A stretch of 64,000 nucleotides of DNA from Eledone cirrhosa (lineage: Eukaryota). How positions within the stretch are numbered: position 1 is the stretch's first letter; each line of letters opens with the position of its first letter. Both the position numbers and the translations under genes were made by a program. Below the pieces are notes generated by a model. The model had not been told where the DNA came from, did not search any database, and worked only from the letters and a program-made list of their open reading frames with translations. Positions 22,884 through 37,464 of the stretch are shown here, piece by piece. The DNA lies in NCBI GenBank assembly GCA_964016885.1, contig OZ024742.1, positions 114,018,001 through 114,082,000 of the forward strand, in the 5' to 3' direction.

Positions 22884-25800
22884 GCCCCTTTACACTTTAT
22901 ATATATATATATATATGGGTGTGTGTGTGAGTGTATGTGTTTGCGTCTCTCTCTCTGTGCACTTGTGTGTCCTTATTTTTCCAATGTGGCCCAAATGTAA
23001 CGCACCACCCTAATCACGAGAAAACAGATTTATATAAGAGAGACAATAATCTTTTATTATATGTTCATGATATTCATTATCACAAAATTATCAACACGCC
23101 AAAATTATGGTTGCGATAATAGTGCAAACCGCATCCCTCCCATTTGACACAACTGATAAAACTGTAAGAATCTATATATTAAATATCTAAACCATCAACA
23201 CTTTAAAAGAAACATTTACGAGTTTATGAGATCCACCAATATATACAAAAGAACGTTATGTATAAAAAAGGGGGAGTAATATGAGCTCTATACATTTACA
23301 ATCATCGTAGCCCTCACCCGCCGCATATCAAGCGCTTACATTATTGTGACGTTACAATGACATTCGGCTAAGAAACTCAGAAAAAAAGCTCCTAAATAAT
23401 TTCGGCTGCATAGCGCCACAGTTAATGCGTCGGAAAATGATATTGTACTTAATGGCGCCAGCCTCATTCCTGATTTCGAATACAGCCGAGCTTTAACAAA
23501 CGTTTCATCATACCTCATAAAGGTTTGCGTGTCACCAATGACTCAGCGGTTGAGAGCAAATGTCACTGTCAACTGCTTTATTTTACAGCCCGTAACTAAC
23601 TAAACCGTTAGTAATGAGATAGTTCCACATTAAATCCAGAGCCAATCTTAAATGTATATATGCCATGCAGGTGGAATAGTTTAGTTTCTGCCAGAACAAC
23701 ATAAAAGTAATCACTACGTAAACTCTCCTACAACGCAGTGCAAATTTAAAATCATGATGTACATTTTAATAATGATTTACACCGTGTCTGAAAACGGTGA
23801 CTCGGCATAGGGTGAATGTATTTTATCATGAATCTGCCCAACCATGATTTACATTAAAATAAAGTACATGAATGCGATCAATATCAGTACATTGAAATAA
23901 ACTTTCACGTAAGAGATGGTCATATGGTGAGGTTGCAGCATGCTATGAACATAGCACTAATAATTACAATTTTCTAAGTTGTTAGAGGAAAACTATTTAT
24001 TTGGTATTTATTTTCACTTCCTAACTTAAATCCCATAAATACGCATACAAGCTACTTTCTGTAAATATCCACTTCACGTACATACTCAATGCTATGCAAT
24101 TTTATATTCGCACACAAATATTAATAACAATATAATATATTTTCTCTATTTTAATCTCTCACCAGGTATTTTTACTATATGTTTAATTCATTTGATTAGT
24201 GGGAAACAAATAATAAGTTTTACATATTTAATTAACTTTCCTGTGTTAGTCGTTCAGTCCTTTTCTTTAGATTTTGCACATGATTGATATAAACGATATT
24301 AACTAATTAAATGCCTGGAATCCGAACGACATCCAAACATATCTATTGAGTGAATTCTCTCCTCATAGATTTTAGTTAACATTTTACTCTATATCACGCG
24401 TATATATATATAGGTCTATCCAGGAAATAATATTTAATGGTCTCTCAGTTTATATCCCTGGAAAAAATGAGACTCAGAATTAACTAACGAAATCAGATTT
24501 ACCAGCGTTTATTCCTAAACTAATTTTATTAGATTTCCCCGCTGCTTAGATTAAAGCAAATCACTTGTCAAGTATATCATCCGTATATGCTTAGTCCAGT
24601 ATACATATTTTTTACTATTTTCCCCTTCCATATTTTTGGTCCCGTAGAATCACTTACATGTCCATATAAATGTCGATATTGTTGGATTTTTATTGTTTTA
24701 ACAATAGATAATCATGAAGTAAAATTTATTTCAAATTAAAATGCACTATGCCCATTCAAATACTGTTGCCCGGTTCAATAATTTGAAAGATTTAACTTAT
24801 TCCCTGCAATAATAATTTTTTTTTCTATAAATCTACTTTTTTAAATAGTGATGAAATGTATCCTGAAGAGGATTTTAAAAATATACATAGAATTTATTAT
24901 GTCTTAAATGTATCACTGTCATCAATTGCATTGAACGTAAAAGGATAGATTGATTTAGTTACTTCATGTATTTTTTTCGCTCAGAAGATGAACAAAAAGA
25001 AAGAAATTAATTTGTATTTTAATGTTTAATTTATTATTGATGTTTAATCTCCAGATTACTAGTGGTGGTTTGAAGACACGGTTTAATGTAACTGGCGAAT
25101 CTGCAATATATTCAATATTGTTGAGTATTTTTATAATCCATGGAGATCAAAACCGAAAAATATTGAAAGAAATAGAACATCAAATCATTGATTAAATATT
25201 ACAATGTTATAATTATTTCGCAATGTCTGAAGTATTTTCACGCAGTTCATCAAAATGTGTTGGTGTTCTGGGAAAATAACGTCCTAATCCTACAGTAAAG
25301 ACAGGTTTACTGATGATGCAATCAATAATGTATAACGTGTTTGTTGTATTGTAGTTTTTACATAGGTCCGTGAATAATGACATAAAGTGGATTGTGTTTA
25401 ATTTAGTATGCTGGGGATCAGAAAATGGAGGATTAAGTATAATAATATTGTGGCCAAATGATGCATATTTTGTTCGCCAATTGTTACTATCTTGATTTGA
25501 CAACCAGAGTAATATTGGAGAAATATGGTGAGAATCATGCATCTAGAGATCGATATACATCTGCTACATACAATGAACTGACGGATTTTGTGCCAATACT
25601 CTTCGTATTCTTTTGCATGGTGAAATCCAGAGAGTTGAGGCATATTCAGCATATCAAATATTTTCCTAGACAGAACTCTGATAAGTTTAATACTTATGCA
25701 AATCTAGTCAGTTCAACATAATATCATATGTTCCTATGTCAATAACTATTATACACAAAACCACACGTTGATGTATCTGCTTAATTACTTTATTTCGTGT

Positions 25801-26137
25801 AATCGAAAGAGTGTATAATATAAAGACGAAACATTGATCACTGTATGCGGCAGTTACGATGGTTTCGGAAAGAGACCGATGATGTATAGACCAAAAATTA
25901 TTGGATATTTTGTGTTGCTGTTTTCTTTAAATATTATTGTCACACATTGTATATTATCATCTTGTCCAGCATGAATGCTTAGGGGATATAGATATATGTA
26001 AACGTCATGTCGAATTGTATTATGAATTGTCATCAGATAGAAAAAAAATGTTAAGTAGTTTCTTCTAACTGCTTTATCCAGGTCATAACTGCTTAAAAGT
26101 GAAACATTCATACTCAAGGTAACTGCATTAAGTATAT

Positions 26138-26309
26138 CATTGTTTCTACTTTTAGCACAAGGACAGCAATTACTCAGTACATGACTGGTACTTTATTTTA
26201 TCGCCGCCGTAAGGATGAAAGGCAAACTTAACCTCGGCGGTATTTGAACACAGATCGTAAAGGGACGTAACTATGCTGGAACGCATGTCCGACCTGCTAC
26301 CGATACTGT
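26138..26309 (-). mobile_element. SINE (same family)
   Basis: Same tail, core and B-box-like segment. Confidence 0.88.
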
Positions 26310-27489
26310 GATGGAACGGCTTTGAATCAGTGATCGCTGCCTCCGTATAATATTTAAGACTTAAAAGTGTACACCTTATTCTAAAGACAGGAATCTACAC
26401 CTTTATGTAAAGAGCCTTAAACCGTCAAGCCTATACTTGTAAACCAAGTCGACATAGTTTTCATTTGACATTCATTTAAATCATTTACAATAATGTTTTT
26501 CATAAGTTCACATTGAACGGACCGAGAGTGTATCAACCATTTAATACTTGTACTGGACATTATTAGACGTATGTGAAATGGCAGTAGATTTTCAACAGTT
26601 ATACATGACTAATTAACATATATAGGAAACACCGAGAGCGGTTCAGCCACAAGTAGTAGCATTGAAAAATATCCAGCCACACAATGATGCCGTCACATAT
26701 GCACTCATACATATTTTCAATATTTTTCAGTTTTCTTGTATTTTTTAATGATACGTATATTGCAATATCCATACATAACAACACGCTCTAAATATGCTAT
26801 ATGATGCTTAATTATTTCACAATAAGTTTAACTAGAGTTGACAATACAAATCCAAATATACATTGTATCCTGTCTGGAATTGTTCACTAATTTCATTTCT
26901 TCAGTTTCTCAGACATATATTATTTATTAACTACAAGCCTAATTTTGGCAATGCTAACAAAATATATTATTTACTCTATAGAATCTCAAAGCAAGTTTTC
27001 TTACATTGTAACATTTTTTTTTATATGAAGTGGACAAAATTATTCCTTTATACGTCAACATGACATAGTAATTTGTCGTGATTTCCATTTCTAAATACTA
27101 CTACTTCCCATATTGTTATTTCAACGTGAAGCAATATTGTTGAATGTTGTCATTTTAGAAGGTCTATGTGAATATGTCCTAGTAAAACTTGATGGATGAC
27201 TTGATGTTTAATATCAAATGGGCAATACTTCCATGCATCATAGTGTTTCACTATATTCCAATCAACAATTCCTTGACCTGGTTAGAATTAGGAACAGCAT
27301 CATTTCCATTGTATACTTGAAATGTGCGGATGAATATGTTTGAATTATTTTGGAACAATCTAGTCTCCTTGAATTGCTTATTTCTATTAATATGTCTTTA
27401 TCTACCATGAAAGGGGAACAAGCCGAAATCCACGTGCTCCTTGGAGATAGGTAGACATTTCTTTTCATAATTGAACACAGCAACATCGC

Positions 27490-30400
27490 CATCTTAAGAG
27501 TGGGATGTTTGAATATGGGTGGCCTGTGGTCATTATGGAAGCAGGGTCACTTGCTGAACGACACGCGCGCATTAGTTCCCATTTTCAACGACTACCAGAT
27601 CTTCGCAATTCTTACTCGGCTAGGAATGGGAGGTTAGGTCGATCATCCTCGAACAGGACGTTAAGTTAGTTAACATGCCAGCAAAACTGAAGATCGTGCC
27701 TTTAGAATTGCAGCCGTTTCCTCATCGACTGGCTCCAGGCAGCTGGATATCTTTAGGTGCCTGGAAAATCTTCTGGGAACATATCGCCCTTTACTGTTAG
27801 CGGTGACTTATGCTGAGATTGTGTGGGTGTAGCTGAACGTGAGGGGGTGCAAAAGCCTCAGTTATCGTATCAGCCAGTTTAATGGTCTGGCAGGTACATG
27901 CATGATTATATTAATGGGCTACTGTGGACCTGGACCAACAGCACATTGTCATGTCTGCCGTATATAGATAGGTTTTATTATCAGGCCAATGGAAAAGTAT
28001 AGTATAGCTTGTCAGTATTTTCAAAAGGCCGCCTAGATCACATTTTTGAGATGTACATTTCTGATCTAGATAGTACATGCAGGTTATGACCTGATTACTG
28101 GTACCTGAATATATCGAAATAGTTATAGGGCCCGGATCAACGATTTAGTTAAGCAAAAGCTGACAAAAGTATGGCCAACAGCAGATCTTGGTAGGTTCTC
28201 AAAAGAGTGATTAGAGTAATCTCGATTGGTTTTAGTAAACAACTAGCGTTAGAGATTAATATGAAGGAGGGAGAGCTAGTTGCTTAATTATATGAGGTTA
28301 TTTGTAGTGGCGTTGCAATTGAGTTGAAGGTTGCATTGGCAGAGCTAATACGCTTGCTCCAATAAACTAGGGAACGTTAGTGGCCCACGTGTCAGAAGAG
28401 CTGCGTGATGATAAAACACAACATTTCGGTTTTTGACAGAACGATACGAACTGGCGCTGAACGATGCCATGCAGATGCGTGATGCCTTCCGCCAGCTCTT
28501 TGTTCAGTTGTTTCTTGGTAACAGTAGCGGATCTCAGTTCCTATTTCAATGGCTTACCTCAACTTTCGCTAGTCGACGCTGATCGCAGCGAAATGCTTGT
28601 AAGTTCAGCCGAGATTCGGGATGGACTAATCAGCTGCACGAGAAACAATTCTACTTGTTTGGATGGTCTTTTGTAGGACTTTTCGTAGATTGGCAGAAAA
28701 GCGGCAGAACTGTGTGAGGCTTATAAGGAAAGAAGAAAATAAGATCTATACGTTAGAGAACTTCAGGCGCATGACACTGCTAAACACAAAGTTTAAGATT
28801 TTGGCCAAGGCGTTAGCGAAGATATGGTCGCTTCTCGTCGCGGATTTGTTAGGGGAGGCGCAAACTTGTGCAGTCACGATGAGGCCCAAATACGAACAAT
28901 CTCCCTCTTATGTGACACATCATATAGATGGTAGCGTGCAATCTCGGATTAGCTGGGACTCTGATTAATTCAGATCAATCAACAAATGTTGATAGGTTCT
29001 ACTGTCGATACATGGAAGCTCTCCTCAAAGCAGCTGGCTTTAGTCCCGTCTTCAGAGGGTTTCTTACTGTAATGCACAGCAGCATCTGCTTGGTGGTCAA
29101 AGTTAATGGTCATCGTTCGGAACAGTTTCAGATCTACCGATCATTCCGTCAAGCGTGTTATCCCATCTCTCTTCTGCGCGTATTAACTCTCGTTCCTCTA
29201 CTGCGGAAGCTGGAGCTGTTGCAGTGCATCCCGCTCGAACTGGTAACAGGAAAGGTGGTGTCGGCATTCCGTACCACTTCTCCATGATTGTGTCGAACAG
29301 CTCTGATATCAACGTGGTCAGCAACTTCTTTGAGGAATATGAAATTTTGACAGGATCAAAATTAAATGTGGAAGAGTTCGTGGGCTTGCAGGTCAGCACC
29401 TGGACAGGCAATGACATAACGTTCAACAGTTTCCCCGGATGCCGAGGGTCTGGTTTGAACCTCTTCTTAGGGTAGATAACGGCTGCGACGAACTATGAAC
29501 AGGATACCCACTCAAAACCAGAAATTTGCTGAGAGAAATCATTCTCTGAAAGGTCGGGCTGAGGTGGCGAACGCGTACATCATGTCCGTTTTCGACTACC
29601 GCCTGACAGTCCTGCCTTGACCCTGATCCTGCGTAGCTTAATTCGAAAGGCGTCAACTTCTTAAGAATAGTAAAAGCACCGTTGATGAGGCGATCCATAT
29701 GCTACCAGCTCCCCCAGCAAGGAGGGCTGGACATGGCGTAGCTTATGATACGTAAATATGCGCTGGGCCTGCGGCATCTCTATATATTCTGTCTAAACTG
29801 TGTAAAAAGTGTTGTCGCCTTTTTTGAGCAGGCTTTTCTGCAGCCAGTCTCTTTGACTGAGCTGCAGTTCTGGGTCAAAATGAAAAGGAATCTGGGAGCA
29901 TGGCAAATGGAAAATTGCCAGGTGCTCATTGCCTACTACCAGGTCAGTGGAACTTACTCACGAGTAATATAGATGATTATTGGAGTGCAAGTGTCATGAT
30001 ACACTGAGAGAAGATCTGGGCGTCGAAGAAGTCTGTTTCGGAGGAATTTCGAGCTGGAGACGTTGGGTACCGTCCAGTAAGGCCTCACCTTGCAATACTA
30101 CCGGAAAGCACTGACGGATCGTGATAAAATCTAAAGGCCTGGAAGTGATATCTAATACACATCCTAAGTTGCGCATAGAGCGGCGAAATCATTCTGCAAA
30201 CACTCGTCCAGTGTCCGTGTATTACTGGCTACTGGAGTTATGTCGAACAGCTATTTGTTCGTTTAGGATGGATCCGACTAACGACCGTGTCCATATTGCC
30301 GATCGCCCCATCGCAGTCTTTGTTCGATAAAGGCAGGCAGTTCTACTCATTCTGTTGGCGGTAGCATGAACGTTTGAGTGGTGGACTAGGTATGTTTCTC

Positions 30401-30800
30401 TTCGGCCAATCCATCATCAACTTTTTTCAAGTTTCAGTTGGATACGAAGGTGACAGTTGAGAGAAAAGTGCTTTTCGCCCAATACACTTTCTAAAAGTTG
30501 CGCGTATGTGGCGGGAATGCTCAAAGTGTATGGGCCTGCTCTAAGTATACACCTGTAAGCAGGTTAATTTGAGAGGGAGAATGGTGCCCTTCTCGTGTTC
30601 CCTCCAAACATCGGGTAGTTTAGGATTGGTAGGGTACTTGAGCCATCCCTGTGTGGATACTTGCCCCAATTAGGGAATGTCCATATGTAATTGTTATTGG
30701 TATTATACATATTTTTGTTCAATGGTTTTGTAAACCCCCACTGACACCACCTATTGTAATGTCCCCAATGAGTAGACCATTGTTGCCAATAAATGAAACA
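27490..30800 (+). mobile_element. L1/Tx1-clade LINE, decayed ORF2 (APE + RT) and 3' UTR
   Basis: APE start LRVGCLNMGGL at about 27493; RT ENFRRMTLLNTKFKILAKALA, DQSTNVDR (DQEKAFDR), SFRQACYP; AATAAA at about 30788. Confidence 0.85.
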
Positions 30801-30821
30801 ATTATTATTAATATTATTATT

Positions 30822-31013
30822 GTTGGACGGTGGATTCTCAGTATCAGTAGAGCGTCAGACGCCATGTTTTGCAACATAGAAGTACTGCTCATTACGTTCT
30901 GACTTCAAATCACGCCACGTTAAACTTTGCTTTTAATATCCTTACGGCGTTGATAATATAAAGCACCAGTAATGCACTGATGTAATTGCTGGCCTTGTAC
31001 CAACAGTGGAAAC
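30822..31013 (+). mobile_element. SINE (same family, more diverged), inserted at the Tx1 tail
   Basis: GGTGGATTCTCAGTATCAGTAGAG..CTTCAAATC..TGATAATATAAAGCACCAG; flanked by ATTATTAT(T/C)AATATTATT repeats. Confidence 0.8.
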
Positions 31014-33640
31014 ATTATTATCAATATTATTTTTATTTGATGTCTTAGTCATTGATGTTTTTCAACCGGAATGATTGCCCTTATGAATATCAAGCTGATA
31101 CCCGCTGACTCAGGTATTCATGACGCATCGGAGGGTCCATGCCGTTCCAAATAGGCATAAGTTTTGAAGTGTTCCAAAATAGCGGATGTGCTGATAGCTT
31201 TAGCCATAGAAGCGCCCCTTAGAAACATTCCACCTACTAAATGGTACGTGTTACAGCATGTCCTCTGATGAATATAAAATTCTGTGGGTCTGTTTAAGAT
31301 TTAATCACTCGGTTCTACATCACACTCTCTGCATATTATCATTGGTGATGTACCTCCACTTCTCACTAAACATAAACCAATAAGAAGGAAGAAAAGAGAA
31401 CTTTTGATGTCTCGCGAGTTGTGTAGAATCAACGTTTTAAAACTAAATTGTATTTAAGAATAATTTTATTCCATAATTATATATCCTCATATAAACTAAG
31501 AAAATGATACATATGTTTTATAAAATATTCCCTTAATATTCTTAGTTCAAGTCTGGTTGAAATTATTTTAGAGTTTTATCTATATTCGGTCAATAACATA
31601 AGCAACATTTCTGTCCCGCAGATGATATAATCGAATGTTTTCTCGCAGAAACTTGATAGCCTCGAATTTCTGCATAAGTCCATAAATAGTGTCAATATTT
31701 GCTCATTCTAATTTCATTACTTCCAGTATTTTCCAACATTTTAAACTCTTAACTATATCAATGAAAATATGTTTCAAAATTGAAACAGAGCGAGATTCTG
31801 TAATCTCACATGTAAATATGGGGAATGTTAGAAATATAAACCCAAATTAAAAGAAACATCTACATTATAGCCTAAGAATAACATATATCAACAGACTCAA
31901 GCATATAAAGAAATTAAACGGAAACTAATCAGAATATCTAGACAACACTGGTTGTCTGTAGATGTGCGAAGTTTACTTCCATCTTCTGTTGTTATAGATG
32001 ATTACACACATATTCTTTGATTGGTTCTCTAATAGAGCTATGGGAAACTTTGGCTTTTCTTCTTGTCGATTGCTAAATTAGACGTTATTTAAAAAAAATA
32101 TTTTGAAGTGTTAAATGTTTATAAGCATTTTTATCTATATATGAAAGTACCTGACTTGTAGCAAAGCTTATATTTTCTTTTTGCCAGAGGTCTTATATAG
32201 TTTAATCAGTAGTATATTTATCTGTGGGATGAGTCTTGATCCACAGATGACTGCTAGTTCATATGATTCCTATAGTTAAGTTTGCCTCCAGTTGCTGTCA
32301 TATCCCTTATTTTAACTACAATACATAGCGTTTAAATATTAAGGTCAGTTATGATCGATTGGTGTGACATCAATATTAGTATCTGCATTAACACATGGAG
32401 AGTGTTAGAAGTTATTTTTTGCAAGACGATGGGCCTGGTGGAGATACCATATATTAGAAGGAAAAGAGCTCTTAAATAACTCGATTTAAAGGTAGGCTTT
32501 CTCATGCAGTGAAAACATACCTTGAATGAAACAAATTTGTATGACAGAAATTGATTACATTGGGGAACAGATATGATAGTGTTAGCAATAATTTATACAG
32601 ATTCAACATTTCTCTGATGATAATTCAAACGACTAATGATAACAGCATAATAGAGCTGTAAATACAGATTCGGTTTAGTTGCATATATATATATATATAT
32701 AAATGTGTGTGTGTGTGAGCGTGTGAGCGCGCGCGCGAATGCATGTGTGCGTGCGTATCGTACATGCATAGAGATAAGTTCACATAATCATATATATATA
32801 TATATATTTTTTTTCTGTGTATGCACTTATAGCCTACATATATACATAAATATGACAGCGAATAAAGAGAGGTGTTGAAGAAGCATAACATGTGTTGGGT
32901 ACAGTATTCTTAGTCAGGCTTTCAAACATGAAATGAAAAGAAAAATATATTTCCAATTTAAGTAAGAATTTTAAATATTTTCATAAATGTAGATTTATGA
33001 TCTAGTTGTATGGATTTATCTTAAGTAATAAAGATAATCTCTACATATGCATTTGCATAAAAGCTTGGATGCATGCAACTAAGGTAGATAAATTGGCTTC
33101 GTTCTATCTGTCTCACCCCTTCCTCTCATTCAATCTACACGCTCACACAATTATATATTAACGTTACAAATAATAAGAACAGAATCTTAGCTTTTCGGGC
33201 ATTAGTCATCCATCAGATGATTGAATGAAGAATATGAGATGAAATAGAAAGGTACAGAATAGGACGGTGGTGGATCGGATAGAAACTTACGAAGGAAAAC
33301 ATGCATAATTAATCAGTCAGCGTTATTGGCATAGGTGATACAGACATAGTGCAGCATAGGTGATATTTTGATGTACTAGTTATTTTACCAAAATGAGCAC
33401 TCGATACTGTGGAGAGTGCATACTTTAAGAAAAGGTGATGAAAATATACTGTTTTTATTTCATTTTATTTTCATTAATCTGACGAGCTGATTATTAACGG
33501 ATTTGGATCCACAGCATCTACAGGGGACCTTGATCGATCCATCTAAGGAACGTATGAAACATGTCGATAATAAATACGAGCATGTAAACGGAACCTCATC
33601 ACTATATCTTAATATATACACACACAGATGCACATACACA

Positions 33641-33692
<52 letters not shown>

Positions 33693-33742
33693 TGTGTATG
33701 TGTGTGAGTGTCTGTGTATATATTTGTCTTTGTAAGTAGATA

Positions 33743-33780
<38 letters not shown>

Positions 33781-33830
33781 TGTGTATGTGTGTGAGTGTC
33801 TGTGTATATATTTGTCTTTGTAAGTAGATA

Positions 33831-33907
<77 letters not shown>

Positions 33908-35289
33908 TTGGTGTTGGATGCTTAAAGCGTCCGTATGCGGTAAGCCTTATTAGCAGTCAATGCCCTCGTAGAGCAGAGTATGATATCACAGAAAAAAGAG
34001 AATCAATGTTGCGACGAAAGGAATGTATTGGACATATTATAAATGATTCTCAGGCGACCAGCTCGAGGCACGATAGATATGGTGACCACACCTGACTCTG
34101 AAATCAACACGGTCGTCAGATACGTCTTGATTCTACAAAGCAGATTTTCCTATAGTCCTTTAACATCGAATGTCTTCGTTTGTTGATTTAGATCCTGTGT
34201 TGTCATTCTATGAGTGGTCATTAATTGTACACGTCATCGGTATTTCTTGCCACTCATGGTTGCCCACTTCTTGCTTCTTCTCGTACTCCACCTGTCAATC
34301 AACATTTCTTCATGTATCAAAATTACTAGTGTGGTGGGAAAGGGGCTGTTATCTTGAACGGCTAGCATCACTTCGACGTCTTCATTGCCCCTAGGCGCCT
34401 AGTCTACATCGGTCAAGTACACACCCGCAATTATGCTGTATGCAGCATTCATCATAAATAATGTTTTGCGGGAATTAAAAAAAAAAAAAATCATGGGGAT
34501 ATTTAGCGTAACATTAGTAGGACACGGCCTTAGGGTACACTCCGCCATACGTATTTCAAAAAGAAAAGGAAACAGAAAAAGAAAGAACCTGTAGCAAGAA
34601 TGTTTTTTAAAAAACGTTTTTAAAAAGAAAGCTTTAAACAGCCATTCAAACGGAAGGGCTATATCGAAGGAGTTTTCAATAAATAGACCCAATTCTACAC
34701 TCACACATTGGATTCAGTGGAGCGTGCGTAGCCAAGAGGCCGCACACATATATAGGCAGATGGGAAAAGAAAATTCCATGGAAGGTTATCCTTACACCAC
34801 GCATACATGTTCAGACAAATACATCGACCTATACATGCACACACCCATGTTAATGCATGTCTGAGTGGTCGCACATACATACACTCACCCGCGTGCTCCC
34901 ACACCGTATGCATATACTTGATGAGTACCCCCACCCCATCCGTTCAACTAGGCGCCGCTGTGCATATGGTGCAATCAGTATTGTATGAGGCAACTCATTT
35001 GAGGCCTTGACCCAACCTGATCACGTGGCGGTGTGAGTCCGAGGGTGCCTGCACAATATGCCTAAATGTTACGGCAGCACAATATCCCTGCACTAATCAT
35101 ATATAGCAGGGCTGGCACACATATAAAAAAAAGCCCTGTATGCACATAACATAAAATAATGAAATAGTATACAATAATAAAATAAAATAAGATAAAATAC
35201 AATAAAATAAAATGCTGAAAAAAGAGAATGCATACATGACAAGGATGCAGATCAAAAATAACCGAGGTGTCCTACTCGAGTGCAAGTAT

Positions 35290-37365
35290 AAAGAAAAAAA
35301 AGATGAATTCGAAAATGCAACTGAGTCTTATTTAAAAAAAAAATATATAGTTATTTGGTTCATTTACCGGTTTCACAGTTCTTCTGCTTTTCAAAAGTAG
35401 AGTTGAGGTGGAGGGTCTCTGGTTTTTCTCGCATCTGGTTGGTCTTTGAATGTTACTTGTTTTATATGGAAAAAAGTGGCTCGAAACGCCAGGTTTTTAG
35501 AGAAGTAATTTGGTTGCTTGGTCAATAAGTATAATAAATTTTGCGCCAGTTCGCGTTACAAAGTTCTTCAAACAAGGGGTGGGGCGGGCATAGGTTGTTT
35601 TTTTAATATGAATCTTTGAATGTCTTTTTACTTAAAAAAGGGGCTCACGAAGGCTTTTTTTAAAAAAATATAATTTGATTGGTTATAAATGAAATTAAAT
35701 CTGTCACGTGAACAAGTTCATTAAATATCGCGCCCGTATTTGGGAATTTATTTTTGTAGCTTTTTAGAGAATTTTATAACAATAAAAAAGTTGCTCCCGA
35801 AGTCTTTTTTTAAAAAATGCAATTTGATTGGTTATAAATGAAATTATGACTGTCAGGTGAACAGGTTCCGCGCTCGTATTTGGGAATTTATTTTGTAGCC
35901 TTTTAGAGAATTGTATGACAAGCAAAAGAATGGTCAGAGAGAATTGGGATGGGAGAATTGTTCTGGTTCAGTGAATATGGCTAGTTCGCTGGGGTGTCAG
36001 TGTTCAGATTTTCTATTGAAATAATGAAAGTAGACATATGTATGTTTATTTGTGTGTTTGTGTGTGTGTATAGGAAGATGATTCTATTAGTAGAAATGGG
36101 GGAGGGAGTTGTGTGTGTGTGTATATGGGTGTTATGTGTGTGGGAGTATATTAAGATGGAGAGAATATATGTTTTGGGTGTGTGTGTGAAGGAAAGTAAT
36201 TCTATTAGTAGAAATGGGGGAGGGAGGTGTGTGTGTGGAGGGGGGGGGGGGGGTTATGTGTGTTTATGGATGTTATGTGTGTGTGGGAGTATGGTTAGCA
36301 TGTTAAAATGAAGAGAATATATATTTTGTGTGTGTGTGTAGGAAAATGATTCCGTTAGTAGGAATATTTTTGAATGAACGTATTTTCCGTACTTATTCGT
36401 ATTTGTTCTGTTGTATTGTTGTATACACCCATATACACACACACATAACACCCTCCCCACACACACAACTCCCTCCCTCATTTCTACTAATATAATCACT
36501 TTCCTACAAACATACACACACAAAATATATATATTCTCTCCATCTTAACATACTCTCACACACACACACACACATAACACCCATATACACATACACACAA
36601 CTCCCTCCCCCATTTCTACTAATATAATCATCTTCTTATACACACACACACACACACACACAAACACACAAATAAACATACATATGTCTACTTTCTTTAT
36701 TTCAAAAGAAAATCTGAACACTGACACCCCAGCGAACTAGCCATATTCACTGAACCAGAACAATTCTCCCACCCCATTTCTCTTGAACATTCTTTTGCTT
36801 GTCATAAAATTCTCTGGAAGGCTACAAAATAAATTCCCAAATACGGGCACCAAATTTAATGAATTTGTTCACGTGACAGCAATATTTCATTTATAACCAA
36901 TCAAATTACATTTTTAAAAAAAGCCTTCCTGACCCACTTTTTTAATGTCATAACATTCTCTAAAAGGCTACAAAATAAATTCCCAAATACGGGCGCGAAA
37001 GTTAATGAACTTTTTCACGTGACTGAATAAATTCATTTATAACCAATCAAATTACATTTAAAAAAAAAAAGCCTTCGTGAGCCCCTTTTTTTAAGTAATG
37101 AGAAATTCAAACACTGATATATGAAAAAAACAACCTACCCACCGACCTCGTATTTGAAGGACTTTGTAACTCGAACTGGCGCACAATTTATTATATTTAT
37201 TGACCAACCAATCAAATTAATTCTGTAAACACTTGGCGTTTCGAGCCACATTTTTCCATATAAAACAAGTAACATTCAAAGACAAACCAGATCTGAGAAA
37301 ATCCACAGACCCCATCTCAACTCTACTTTTGAAAAGCAGAAGAACTGCGAAACCTTTAAAGGAAC

Positions 37366-37405
<40 letters not shown>

Positions 37406-37450
37406 AAAATAAGACTCCAGTTGCATTTTCGATATCATCTTTTTTTTGTA
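35290..37450. mobile_element. Foldback-type element: about 1-kb modular inverted arms around a spacer of about 150 bp
   Basis: About 35290-36270 mirrors about 36425-37450 (e.g. CAGTGAATATGGCTAGTTCGCTGGGGTGTCAGTGTTCAGATTT / AAATCTGAACACTGACACCCCAGCGAACTAGCCATATTCACTG). Internal subrepeats GATTGGTTATAAATGAAAT and TATTAGTAGAAATGGGGGAGGGAG. Confidence 0.88.
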
Positions 37451-37464
37451 TATATATATATATA

